The position numbers and the translations under genes are program-made. A model generated the notes under the pieces. The model saw nothing but the letters and a program-made list of their open reading frames with translations, did no database searches and was not told where the DNA came from. Of a stretch of 64,000 bases of DNA, positions 51,880 to 60,727 are shown piece after piece. Origin of the DNA: Desulfobacterales bacterium (GTDB lineage: Bacteria; Desulfobacterota; Desulfobacteria; Desulfobacterales; UBA5852); assembly GCA_963674755.2 (NCBI GenBank), contig CAXXVS010000003.1:608001-672000 (forward strand), read 5' to 3'. Numbering within the stretch: the stretch's first letter is position 1; every line of letters begins with the position of its first letter.

Positions 51880-52111
51880 GAGGGGCGCCGGACGTCATCT
51901 GAGACGCGCGGACCGGTGTTGCCGGCGGTGACGAAATGCTCACGTACCGGGGTACGCTCCCCTTCCGCCACCCCCCGGCGCCTTGGCCGCACCCCTCAGC
52001 CAACGCCCTGCGACCCTCAAATTTGTCAGAGCAGACCTGCCCTAACACCCCTGATGCCTTGCCCAGGCCCATAACCTGATCCCTTGCCAGCCGGAAAACC
52101 GTTTTTATAAT

Positions 52112-52155
52112 AAAAAACCGGCCCGTGCATCAAATGATGCGCGGGCCGGTTTTTT
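52112..52155. terminator. Bidirectional intrinsic terminator
   Basis: AAAAAACCGGCCCGtGCATC...GATGCgCGGGCCGGTTTTTT. Confidence 0.8.
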
Positions 52156-52177
52156 GATTTGTCCGACAAATTGCCCC

Positions 52178-52319
52178 AAAACGGGTTTGGGGATTCAGAT
52201 CATGTTCCAGGACAAGGCGTGGAGTGGCTTTGAAAGCGCAGCGTACTTCTGTACGTGAGCATTCAAAGCCGCTTCACAACGCCGGCATGGGGCATGAGAT
52301 GGATTCACAAACCCGTTTT
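52178..52319. repeat. ~140-bp imperfect palindromic (REP/MITE-like) element
   Basis: AAAACGGGTTT...AAACCCGTTTT termini with nested arms around CGTAC-ttct-GTACG; abuts the nrdJ stop codon. Confidence 0.6.
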
Positions 52320-54808
52320 TAGCCGCATTTGGTGAAACCGCAGAAATGACAGGTCATGCAGCCTTCTTCGAAGCTGATGGTCTGGCTGCATTCAGGACAT
52401 TTTTCACCCAGCAGGCTGGCGCCACGGGGATGGGCGTTGGCCCCGTTGGCATTTTTCAAGTAGCGTTTTTCCAAAATGCGGGCGATGGCATCCGGAATGG
52501 AGAGCACCAGTCCGCCCGACTGGAACACCGGATATTCGCCGCCGATGCCCTTGAGCTGCTTGACGATGTCGCCGACCTTGACGCCTGAGCGCAGGGCCAG
52601 GGATACCAGGCGGCCCACGGCTTCCGCCTTGGCGGCGGTCGAACGGCCGGATTTGCCGATGGTGGCGAAGACCTCGAAGGGGCGGCCTTCGTATTCCGTC
52701 ACGGTGACATAAAGATGGCCCATGCCGGTTTTCATCCGGGTGGTGAATCCCTCCAGGGTCTCGGGCCGTTCCTTGACCGCTCTCAGGAAACGGGTGCTGG
52801 AATCCTCTTTCTGGCTGAAGGCCAGCACCTGGTTTTCCTTGCTGCCGTCGCGGTAGATGGTGACGCCCTTGCATCGCAGGTCGTAGGCCAGGTCATAGAT
52901 TTTCTGCACATCGCCCACGGTGGCGTCGCGGGGCAGGTTGACCGTCTTGGATACGGCATTGTCCGTATATTTCTGGAAGGCGGCCTGCATGCGGATGTGC
53001 CATTCCGGGGAGACATCATGGGCGGTGACGAAAATCCGGCGCACCTCCGGCGGGATCTCCTCGAAATCCTGAATCGAGCCTTTTTGGGCCACTCTGCTCA
53101 TCAATTCCTCGGAGTAGAAGCCATGGGCTTTGGCCACCGCTTCGAAGACCGGGTTGACTTCCATCAGGCGGTCATTGTCCATGACCGTGCGCACAAAACT
53201 GAGGGCAAACAGCGGTTCGATGCCGCTGGAGCAGCCGGCGATGATGCTCAAGGTGCCGGTGGGGGCGATGGTGGTCGTCGTGGCGTTGCGCAGTTGATCC
53301 TTTTCGCTGTCCTTATAGATGCTCTTATCGATATTGGGGAAAGGACCGCGCCTTTCGGCCAGGCGCCGCGAGGCGTCCCGGGCCGACTCCTGGACCGTGC
53401 GCATGACCTCCTCGGCCATTTTCAGCGCGTCTTCGGAATTGTAGGGGATTCCCAGCTGGTAGAGCATATCGGCAAATCCCATAACGCCCAGGCCAACTTT
53501 GCGGTTGCCCTTGACCATGGCATCAATTTCAGGCAGCGGGTAGCGTGAGCGATCGATTGTATTGTCCAGAAAACGGACGGAGAGGTTGACGGTTTCCTTC
53601 AACTCGTCAAAATCCACCACGGCGGCTTCGCCTTCTTTAATGACGAATTTGGCCAGGTTGATGGAGCCCAGGTTGCAGGCTTCCATGGGCAGCAGCGGTT
53701 GTTCGCCGCAGGGGTTGGTGCTTTCGATGGCGCCCAGAGCCGGCGTGGGGTTGTCCCGATTCAGGCGATCCAAAAAAATGACGCCAGGATCGCCGTTCTC
53801 CCAAGCTTGCTTGACGAGAGCCCCATAGACTTCCCGGGCGTTGAGCCGGCCCGTCACGCTGTTGTCCCGGGGATCGATGAGGTCATAGTCCTCATCGGCC
53901 TGTACGGCCTTCATGAAGGTTTCCGTGACGCCTACCGAGATATTGAAATTGTTGAGGGAGTCCTGCTCCTTTTTACAGTAGATGAACTCCATGACGTCCG
54001 GATGGTCCACCCGCAGAATCGCCATATTGGCCCCGCGCCGGGTGCCGCCCTGCTTCACCTGTTCGGTAGCAGTATTGAAAATTTTCATAAACGAGACCGG
54101 GCCGGAGGCTACGCCTCCAGTGGTGCCCACCCGGCTGTCCTTGGGACGCAGGCGCGAGAAGGAGAATCCTGTGCCCCCGCCCGACTTGTGGATCATGGCG
54201 GCATGATGCAGGGAGGTGAAGATCTGCTCCATGCTGTCTTCCACCGGCAGTACAAAACACGCGGCCAACTGGCCAAGCCGCCGTCCGGCGTTCATCAGCG
54301 TGGGTGAGTTGGGAAGAAATCGAAATTCGGTCATCAGATCATAAAAGGCCTCTTCCATCTCTGCGGCTTTTTCTTCACCCTCGAAGGCCAATTCTGCCCT
54401 GGCGATATGGCGGGCCACCCGGCGGAGCATTTTTTCCGGCGTTTCGATCGCTTTGCCATTAGGATCTTTTTTGAGATAGCGGCGTTCCAGAACAGTTTTG
54501 GCGTTACCGCTGAGCTTGGGCCCCTTTTTCCGGAAAACACTGCCATCAAGTTTGACCGGATTGGCGGCATCCAGGCCGAATTCTTTCAGCTTGTCATCGA
54601 TAATTTTTTCGATATCTGCCATGGTAATGGTCTGATCCTGAATCTTGTCGATCTCTTTGCGCAGATGCCGGCTGATGCTCATGGCCGTATCCGTGGTGGC
54701 CGTCCCGGTGCGGGTCATCAGGTCCGTAAAGCGGTGGTCATCCCATCGATAGGCGGACAGGTCAAGGCGTCCGTCCTCGGTTAATACAAAGCGACATCTT
54801 TCGGCCAT
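52319..54808 (-). CDS. nrdJ: Class II (adenosylcobalamin-dependent) ribonucleotide reductase with C-terminal TSCPD/Zn ribbon
   Basis: PNSPTLMNAG, LAACF, TNPCGEQPL, TIAPTGT, EEGCMTCHFCGFTKC; GGAGG before ATG 54808. Confidence 0.95.
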   Translation of the reverse strand: MAERCRFVLTEDGRLDLSAYRWDDHRFTDLMTRTGTATTDTAMSISRHLRKEIDKIQDQTITMADIEKIIDDKLKEFGLDAANPVKLDGSVFRKKGPKLSGNAKTVLERRYLKKDPNGKAIETPEKMLRRVARHIARAELAFEGEEKAAEMEEAFYDLMTEFRFLPNSPTLMNAGRRLGQLAACFVLPVEDSMEQIFTSLHHAAMIHKSGGGTGFSFSRLRPKDSRVGTTGGVASGPVSFMKIFNTATEQVKQGGTRRGANMAILRVDHPDVMEFIYCKKEQDSLNNFNISVGVTETFMKAVQADEDYDLIDPRDNSVTGRLNAREVYGALVKQAWENGDPGVIFLDRLNRDNPTPALGAIESTNPCGEQPLLPMEACNLGSINLAKFVIKEGEAAVVDFDELKETVNLSVRFLDNTIDRSRYPLPEIDAMVKGNRKVGLGVMGFADMLYQLGIPYNSEDALKMAEEVMRTVQESARDASRRLAERRGPFPNIDKSIYKDSEKDQLRNATTTTIAPTGTLSIIAGCSSGIEPLFALSFVRTVMDNDRLMEVNPVFEAVAKAHGFYSEELMSRVAQKGSIQDFEEIPPEVRRIFVTAHDVSPEWHIRMQAAFQKYTDNAVSKTVNLPRDATVGDVQKIYDLAYDLRCKGVTIYRDGSKENQVLAFSQKEDSSTRFLRAVKERPETLEGFTTRMKTGMGHLYVTVTEYEGRPFEVFATIGKSGRSTAAKAEAVGRLVSLALRSGVKVGDIVKQLKGIGGEYPVFQSGGLVLSIPDAIARILEKRYLKNANGANAHPRGASLLGEKCPECSQTISFEEGCMTCHFCGFTKCG

Positions 54809-55048
54809 GAAAACCTCCGGGGGTAAACTTTGGGGCCCATCCAAACCAACGGACCGTTAATGCATTCTATGGTAATCATCTAAATGTAATCAGGAAGAAG
54901 CAAAAAGCATGGTTCGCCGATGCTTTTCAACACCCTGCGCCGGGGGCAGGGAGAGGCCTCACGATGCACGCGATCTCCGGCACGAAAATCGATTAGATGG
55001 AGGGGGTTGATCTGCTGCCGGGTGATTCGCAACGAACCGAGATCTCTC

Positions 55049-55064
55049 ATACAACATATTGTGT
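55049..55064. promoter_or_regulatory. NrdR box upstream of nrdJ
   Basis: ATACAACATATTGTGT next to a minus-strand TTGACA (55064-55069); a weak second box lies at 55080. Confidence 0.65.
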
Positions 55065-55281
55065 GTCAAGATTTATTTAACCCTACATTTACCATATCGG
55101 CGGCACTGAAATCGCTAAGGGCGAAAAATATTTGATTCTCCGGCAGTTGCCGCTCTCCTTACGAAGAGGTCTTGGCAGGACGCCCATTCTATGCTATCCA
55201 CAGCCTCATACGCACAACTGGACAGCGTTCGGAAAAGGTGCTGCACCAACCGGCCGACAATGCGAAAGGAGAACATGATCG

Positions 55282-55767
55282 ATGGATAGGTTCCGCAATT
55301 TGATTCCCCTGGTGTTGGTGGTTCTGCTGGGTGTCTTGGTACAGGTCGCGCTCATGGCGATGCAGACCAAAGAAACACCGGCGGAGGCGGCGGTGGAATT
55401 TACCAAAGCGTTTTACCAAATGTCCCCCCGTGTGACCGATCGCATGTGCGGCGACCTGCTCGAAGACAAGACCCAGATCAACGACCAGTTTTACAACGCC
55501 GTTGCTGAGGCCCGCGAATGTGGCTTCGGCGCATCCTATCCGAAGATGCAGCTTTTCAATATTCATGCGGTTGTGCTGGCCCAGGATGGCACCTCGGCCC
55601 AAGTGCAGCTGCATTGTTCCATGAAGCGCGCGATTCATCCCGCGTTTGCCTATTTTCTCAGGATGTGGAATATGGGCGAAACCTATCATCTGGACGAAGT
55701 GGTCGATTTGGTGAAGGAAGACGGGCGCTGGAAAGTCTGCGAATACGACTACGCGCTGATGGGCTGA
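55282..55767 (+). CDS. Hypothetical membrane-anchored protein
   Basis: 161 aa with N-terminal TM helix; AAGGAG RBS. Confidence 0.75.
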   Translation: MDRFRNLIPLVLVVLLGVLVQVALMAMQTKETPAEAAVEFTKAFYQMSPRVTDRMCGDLLEDKTQINDQFYNAVAEARECGFGASYPKMQLFNIHAVVLAQDGTSAQVQLHCSMKRAIHPAFAYFLRMWNMGETYHLDEVVDLVKEDGRWKVCEYDYALMG

Positions 55768-55834
55768 TGGGATTAGTAGCGGTTTAACGATCCAAGCCCG
55801 GCCGTTTCCGTCGGGAAGACGGTTCGATCATCCG

Positions 55835-55872
55835 AGGGAGATGCATGGCGCTTCACGCATCTCCCTTTTTTT
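55835..55872 (+). terminator. Intrinsic terminator
   Basis: AGGGAGATGC...GCATCTCCCT followed by a T run. Confidence 0.7.
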
Positions 55873-55974
55873 ATTGCTTATCGGCCTAACGTTCTTTTGG
55901 GCTCCTGTGTGATAAGGCCGTGGAGCCATTCCTCCCTAGATGTTGCCGCTATCCAGGGGACGCGCGTGACCAAG

Positions 55975-56775
55975 ATGCATACGCCACCACTTTTTCCAGA
56001 AGAAACCGCAGCGGTCTATGCGATCCTGAAGCAGCAGGCCCGGGCCATTGCCGTGCGTCAGCCCATACCGGATTTCTATCGGATCTACGAAAACGATTGG
56101 ACGCGTGCCCGGCGCCGGCTGGATCACGATCCGCTGCTTTTGGACTTGCACGCTTTCGTCCAGGAACGGCTGGACGACGATTTCGGCCACGGTATCGGCC
56201 ACGCTGTCAAGGTCGCCACGGACGCCGGGACGCTGTCCTTGATCGAAGGTCGCCGGGCGGGTTATGCCCCCCAGCGCATCCAGCGCATCAGCCTGGTCTG
56301 CCAGGCGGCCGGCCTCCTTCACGATATCCATCGCAAGCGTGCCGGTCATGCCCTCGAGGGGGCGCGATTCGCCCGCCAGGCCCTGGCGGCGTTTGCGTTC
56401 ACCCCTCCTGAAATCGAGGACATCAGTTATGCCATCGGCAGCCACGAGGCCTTTCAACAGATCGAGGCCCCGCCCACGGAAGCCGCCGGTTTTTTGTCCG
56501 ACTGCCTTTATGATGCCGACAAATTCCGGTGGGGGCCGGACAACTTTACCGATACCCTCTGGGACATGGTGGCGTTCTACAACCCTTCCCTGGCGGATTT
56601 CGTGGCGCGCTACCCGGGCGGCATGCAACGGCTGGAGGAAATCAAGGGAACCTTCCGCAGCCGTACAGGGAAAAAATACGGCCCCCAGATGATCGATTAC
56701 GGTATCGCGATCGGCCAGGAGTTGATGGCGTTTATCCTTACGGAGTTTACGCATATGCTGGGTCAGAACCCTTGA
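55975..56775 (+). CDS. HD-domain protein
   Basis: GHGIGH, LLHDI, H, DADK metal-binding residues. Confidence 0.85.
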   Translation: MHTPPLFPEETAAVYAILKQQARAIAVRQPIPDFYRIYENDWTRARRRLDHDPLLLDLHAFVQERLDDDFGHGIGHAVKVATDAGTLSLIEGRRAGYAPQRIQRISLVCQAAGLLHDIHRKRAGHALEGARFARQALAAFAFTPPEIEDISYAIGSHEAFQQIEAPPTEAAGFLSDCLYDADKFRWGPDNFTDTLWDMVAFYNPSLADFVARYPGGMQRLEEIKGTFRSRTGKKYGPQMIDYGIAIGQELMAFILTEFTHMLGQNP

Positions 56776-56818
56776 TGGTAGCTTCAGGGCGATCGAGCAC
56801 GCAGGAGACAACAAGCCC

Positions 56819-57481
56819 ATGCGGGAAAAAACAAAATGCGTCAAGGTCTTGATGGTGTTGGGGCTAGCTGTGTTTTTCATCAGCGGATGCCGCAGCACCT
56901 ATTACGCCATGTGGGAAAGTCTGGGCAAGGAAAAGCGTCATTTGCTGCGGGATGAGGTTGAGCAGGCCCGCGAAGATCAGGCCGAAGCCTCCGAGGACTT
57001 CAAGGATGCCCTGACCCGCGTCAAGGAGCTGACCGATTTCCAGGGCGGCGAACTGGAAAACGTCTACCTGCAATTGAAAGATGACTACGACGACTGCGAG
57101 CAGCGGGCGGCGATTATCGACGAGCGTATCGCCAACGTGGAGCAGATCGCAGCCGATCTGTTTGCCGAGTGGGAAACGGAAATCGGCCAGATGTCCAACG
57201 CCACGTTTCGCGCCAGCAGCCGCCGGTCGCTGGCCCGGACCCGCGAGCGTTACCGCCAGTTGCAGCGGGCCATGGTGCGGGCCCGCGAGCGCATGGATCC
57301 GGTCCTGATCCGCCTGAAGGATTACGTTCTCTACCTCAAACACAACCTCAACGCCCAGGCGGTGGGGGCCCTGGGTGCGGAAATGGGCCATATCGAAGCG
57401 GATGTGGACGTATTGATTCGGGATATCGAACGTTCCATCCAGGCGGCGGATACCTTTCTGAAAGACTTTGACGCCGGATGA
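56819..57481 (+). CDS. DUF2959 family lipoprotein
   Basis: Lipobox ISGC, YYAMWESLGKEKR, LYLKHNLNAQA. Confidence 0.85.
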   Translation: MREKTKCVKVLMVLGLAVFFISGCRSTYYAMWESLGKEKRHLLRDEVEQAREDQAEASEDFKDALTRVKELTDFQGGELENVYLQLKDDYDDCEQRAAIIDERIANVEQIAADLFAEWETEIGQMSNATFRASSRRSLARTRERYRQLQRAMVRARERMDPVLIRLKDYVLYLKHNLNAQAVGALGAEMGHIEADVDVLIRDIERSIQAADTFLKDFDAG

Positions 57482-57789
57482 TGAAAACTTCCAACCCGGC
57501 GAACCCCGCTCTATCTCCAGCTATTTTCGGTAGCATCCCGCCCATGGGCAATCCATTGCGCCAGACGCGGTTTCCTCGACCGGCAGTTGCCGCGATCTTC
57601 GCGGCCCTGTCGGTCTCATGCGGCCGCCATCGATTGCCGAATGACATCGTATTTGTGAACCAGACCCTTTAGCCGGAAACCTTCCGGCGGCCTGTTGATT
57701 GCAAGGTGCTCAGGTCTACCGGACGGATCGTTCAGCAGCCTCAGGTCGTTCTAATCGAAGCCTTTGGCAAACTGAACCCAATTTATTTC

Positions 57790-57837
57790 TTGACGACCGC
57801 CAACAAACTCGATAGATATTTCCATCAACTGATGGAA
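57790..57837 (+). promoter_or_regulatory. Promoter and palindromic TetR operator
   Basis: TTGACG - 17 nt - TAGATA, then the perfect inverted repeat TTCCATCA-ac-TGATGGAA (57820-57837). Confidence 0.65.
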
Positions 57838-57891
57838 TCATGTGCTGGATAGTGGCTTCGATGGGCTTCAAACCGAAGGAAAGGGGCGTCT

Positions 57892-58515
57892 ATGGCCTCC
57901 CGCCTCGAAAAAGCGCTGCAAAACCCGGACTCCATGAAGGCGCGCATCCTGACCGCCGCCCGGCGGCTTTTCGGGGCCAATGGTTACAGCGATACCACCA
58001 CCCGCATGATCGCGGCCGAGGTGGGTATCGACGTGTCCACCCTGCACTACCACTGGGGTGAGAAGCAGGACCTGTACGCCGGGGTCTTGGCCGCCATCAA
58101 CGAGGAGATTCTTGCCAAATTCAAGGAGGTGGAACGCCGCTGCCGCGGGGTCAATCTGCGCCGGCGTCTGGAAATCGCCATCGACCTCATGTGCGACTAT
58201 CTCTTTTCCCACCCGGAAGTCGCCAACCTGATTCTCTTCGGCTATTTTCGCAAGGCGGACCGCGACGTGGTCCTGGACGTCAATATCGCCCACTACATCT
58301 CCAACATCGCCATTGCCATGGGGTTGGCAACGGACGCCGGGCAGGTTTCGGTGCAGGCCAAGGCCCGTATCCTGGCGGTGTGGAATTCCGTCCTGAATTT
58401 TATTTCGGGCGAGAGTTTTTTTCGGCCCATGATGGATATCGACCCGTCATCCTACCAGGACGTGGTCAAGGAAACGCTGAAGTTCATCCTGGTACCGGCC
58501 TTTACGACAGATTGA
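57892..58515 (+). CDS. TetR/AcrR family transcriptional regulator
   Basis: HTH region ILTAARRLFGANGYSDTTTRMIAAEVGIDVSTLHYHW. Confidence 0.93.
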   Translation: MASRLEKALQNPDSMKARILTAARRLFGANGYSDTTTRMIAAEVGIDVSTLHYHWGEKQDLYAGVLAAINEEILAKFKEVERRCRGVNLRRRLEIAIDLMCDYLFSHPEVANLILFGYFRKADRDVVLDVNIAHYISNIAIAMGLATDAGQVSVQAKARILAVWNSVLNFISGESFFRPMMDIDPSSYQDVVKETLKFILVPAFTTD

Positions 58516-58549
58516 TGAACGCTATCACCCCCAAAAAAGGAGGGAAATC

Positions 58550-60670
58550 ATGGCGCTGAATCCGGATGCCATCGGAAAGCCCCTGGGTCCTGTTACCAAA
58601 GACTACACCTGGAAGGACGTCGTGCTCTACGCCCTGGGGGTTGGCGCAGGATTCGAGGAGATCGACTACTGCTACGAAAAGAATCTGAAGGTGCTGCCCA
58701 GCTTTTCCATTGCAGCGGTCTTCGATTTCCTCTCGCTCTATGCGGCCGAATCCAACCTCAACCTGGCCGGCATTCTGCACGGCGAGCAAAAGCTGGAATT
58801 TCACGCCCCGATTCCCACCGAAGGCACCCTGACCACCACCGGCAAACTGACCCACTACTACGACAAGGGCAAAGAAAAGGGAGCCCTGGTGGTGGGGGAG
58901 AGTGTCACCCGGCATTCCAACGGCCAGAAGCTGTTTACAAGCACCCTGACGATATTCTCCCGGCGGGACGGCGGCTTTGGTGGCGAGAACGCCCCCAAGC
59001 AGGAAGTGGTCATGCCGGATCGGGCACCGGATTTCGAAATCGAAGACGCCCCCACACAGGATCAGCCCTTGCTCTACCGATTGTCCGGCGATGTGTTCCA
59101 CCTCCATGTGGACCAAGCCTTTGCCGAAATGGCCGGGTTCGAAAAACCCATTATGCACGGCCTGTGCACCCATGGGTTCGCCTGCCGGGCCCTGGTGCAA
59201 TGTCTCGTGCCGGGGGAGACGGAGAAGGTGCGCCGCATGGACTGCCGCTTTTCCAAACCGCTTTATCCCGGCGATCCGATCCGCACCCTGATCTGGAAGG
59301 ACGGCGAGGGCCGGGCCTTGTGGCGGGTGGTCAATGCCAGGACCGGCGACACGGTGATCGATTATGGTGTGTTTACCTACGGATCGGTGCCGGAACAGCA
59401 AATCCGCTTTGACAACCGGGTGGCCATCGTAACCGGAGCCGGTGCCGGCCTGGGTCGGGCCTACGCTTTGGAGCTGGCCCGCCGGGGGGCCAAGGTGGTG
59501 GTCAACGATCTGGGCGGGTCCCGGGACGGCTCCGGGGAGGGATCGAGCACGCCGGCGGCCAAGGTGGTGGCGGAGATCGAAGCCATCGGCGGCCAGGCCG
59601 TGGCCAACGATGACAACGTGGCCACCCCGGAAGGGGGGGAGGCCATCGTCCAGAGCGCGCTGGCGGCCTTCGGCACGGTGGACATCGTGATCAACAACGC
59701 GGGCATCCTGCGGGACAAGAGTTTTCTTAAAATGGAACCGGAGAACTGGCAGGCGGTGCTGGGTGTCCATTTGAATGGGGCCTACCATGTGACGCGTCCG
59801 GCCTTTGCGGTGATGAAGGCGAAGGGCTACGGGCGCATCGTGATGACGACATCGGCCGCCGGATTATACGGTAACTTCGGCCAGACCAACTATTCGGCGG
59901 CCAAGATGGGCCTGGTGGGCCTGATGAACACGCTCAAGCTGGAGGGGGCCAAGTACGGGGTCAAGGTGAACACGGTGGCGCCCCTGGCGGCCTCACGCTT
60001 GACCGAGGACGTCATGCCGCCGGAAATTTTCGAAAAGGCCAGACCGGAGTTCGTGGTCCCCATGACGCTTTTTCTGTGCTCCGAGGAATGTCCGGTGAGC
60101 GGCAACATTTACAACGCCGGCATGGGGTTTTTCAACCGGGCGGCCGTGGTGACCGGCCCGGGCGCGGTGGTGGCAGACGGGGACAAGGTGCCCACGGTGG
60201 AAGCGGTGGCCGCGGCCCTCGACAAGATTGCCGACCTCAAGGGCGGCAAGGAGTACGACCAGCTCAACGCCCAGTTTGCCGATGTGATGAACGCCTTCGG
60301 CAGCTCCGGGGAAACAGCCGGCATAGGACCGGATCAGGGCGCTTCGGGCGGATTGACCGTACCCGCCGTGTTTGCGGCCATGCCGGAGGCTTTCGTGCCC
60401 GAGGCGGCGGAAGGCGTGGACGTGGTCTTCCAATACCGGATCACCGGCGAGGACGGCGGCGACTGGGTTTGTGCCGTTAAGGACCAGGCCTGCGATATCC
60501 GACAGGGGGTTCACGAGAAGCCCACCTGCACCCTGATCATGGCGGCACCGGACTTTTTGGCCATGATGAGCGGCAGCCTGCCGCCCATGCAGGCTTTCAA
60601 CGCGGGCAAACTCAAGATCGAAGGGGACATCATGAAGAGCCAGCTGATCGAGCGGCTTTTCCGGCGGTAG
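58550..60670 (+). CDS. Multifunctional MaoC-type enoyl-CoA hydratase 2 / SDR 3-hydroxyacyl-CoA dehydrogenase / SCP2 fusion
   Basis: LHGEQ and YRLSGDxxxLHxD...HGLC (hydratase 2); TGAGAGLG, NNAG, YSAAK (SDR); C-terminal MQAFNAGKLKIEGD (SCP2). Confidence 0.9.
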   Translation: MALNPDAIGKPLGPVTKDYTWKDVVLYALGVGAGFEEIDYCYEKNLKVLPSFSIAAVFDFLSLYAAESNLNLAGILHGEQKLEFHAPIPTEGTLTTTGKLTHYYDKGKEKGALVVGESVTRHSNGQKLFTSTLTIFSRRDGGFGGENAPKQEVVMPDRAPDFEIEDAPTQDQPLLYRLSGDVFHLHVDQAFAEMAGFEKPIMHGLCTHGFACRALVQCLVPGETEKVRRMDCRFSKPLYPGDPIRTLIWKDGEGRALWRVVNARTGDTVIDYGVFTYGSVPEQQIRFDNRVAIVTGAGAGLGRAYALELARRGAKVVVNDLGGSRDGSGEGSSTPAAKVVAEIEAIGGQAVANDDNVATPEGGEAIVQSALAAFGTVDIVINNAGILRDKSFLKMEPENWQAVLGVHLNGAYHVTRPAFAVMKAKGYGRIVMTTSAAGLYGNFGQTNYSAAKMGLVGLMNTLKLEGAKYGVKVNTVAPLAASRLTEDVMPPEIFEKARPEFVVPMTLFLCSEECPVSGNIYNAGMGFFNRAAVVTGPGAVVADGDKVPTVEAVAAALDKIADLKGGKEYDQLNAQFADVMNAFGSSGETAGIGPDQGASGGLTVPAVFAAMPEAFVPEAAEGVDVVFQYRITGEDGGDWVCAVKDQACDIRQGVHEKPTCTLIMAAPDFLAMMSGSLPPMQAFNAGKLKIEGDIMKSQLIERLFRR
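59416..60030 (+). repeat. Direct repeat copy 1 of SDR-coding segment
   Basis: Nearly identical to 62212-62826 (offset 2796), including long identical runs at synonymous sites. Confidence 0.9.
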
Positions 60671-60727
60671 CCGTCGCGGTAGAAAATCCCCATATCGAAC
60701 CTTTCCTTCCATAAAGGAGAACAACCG

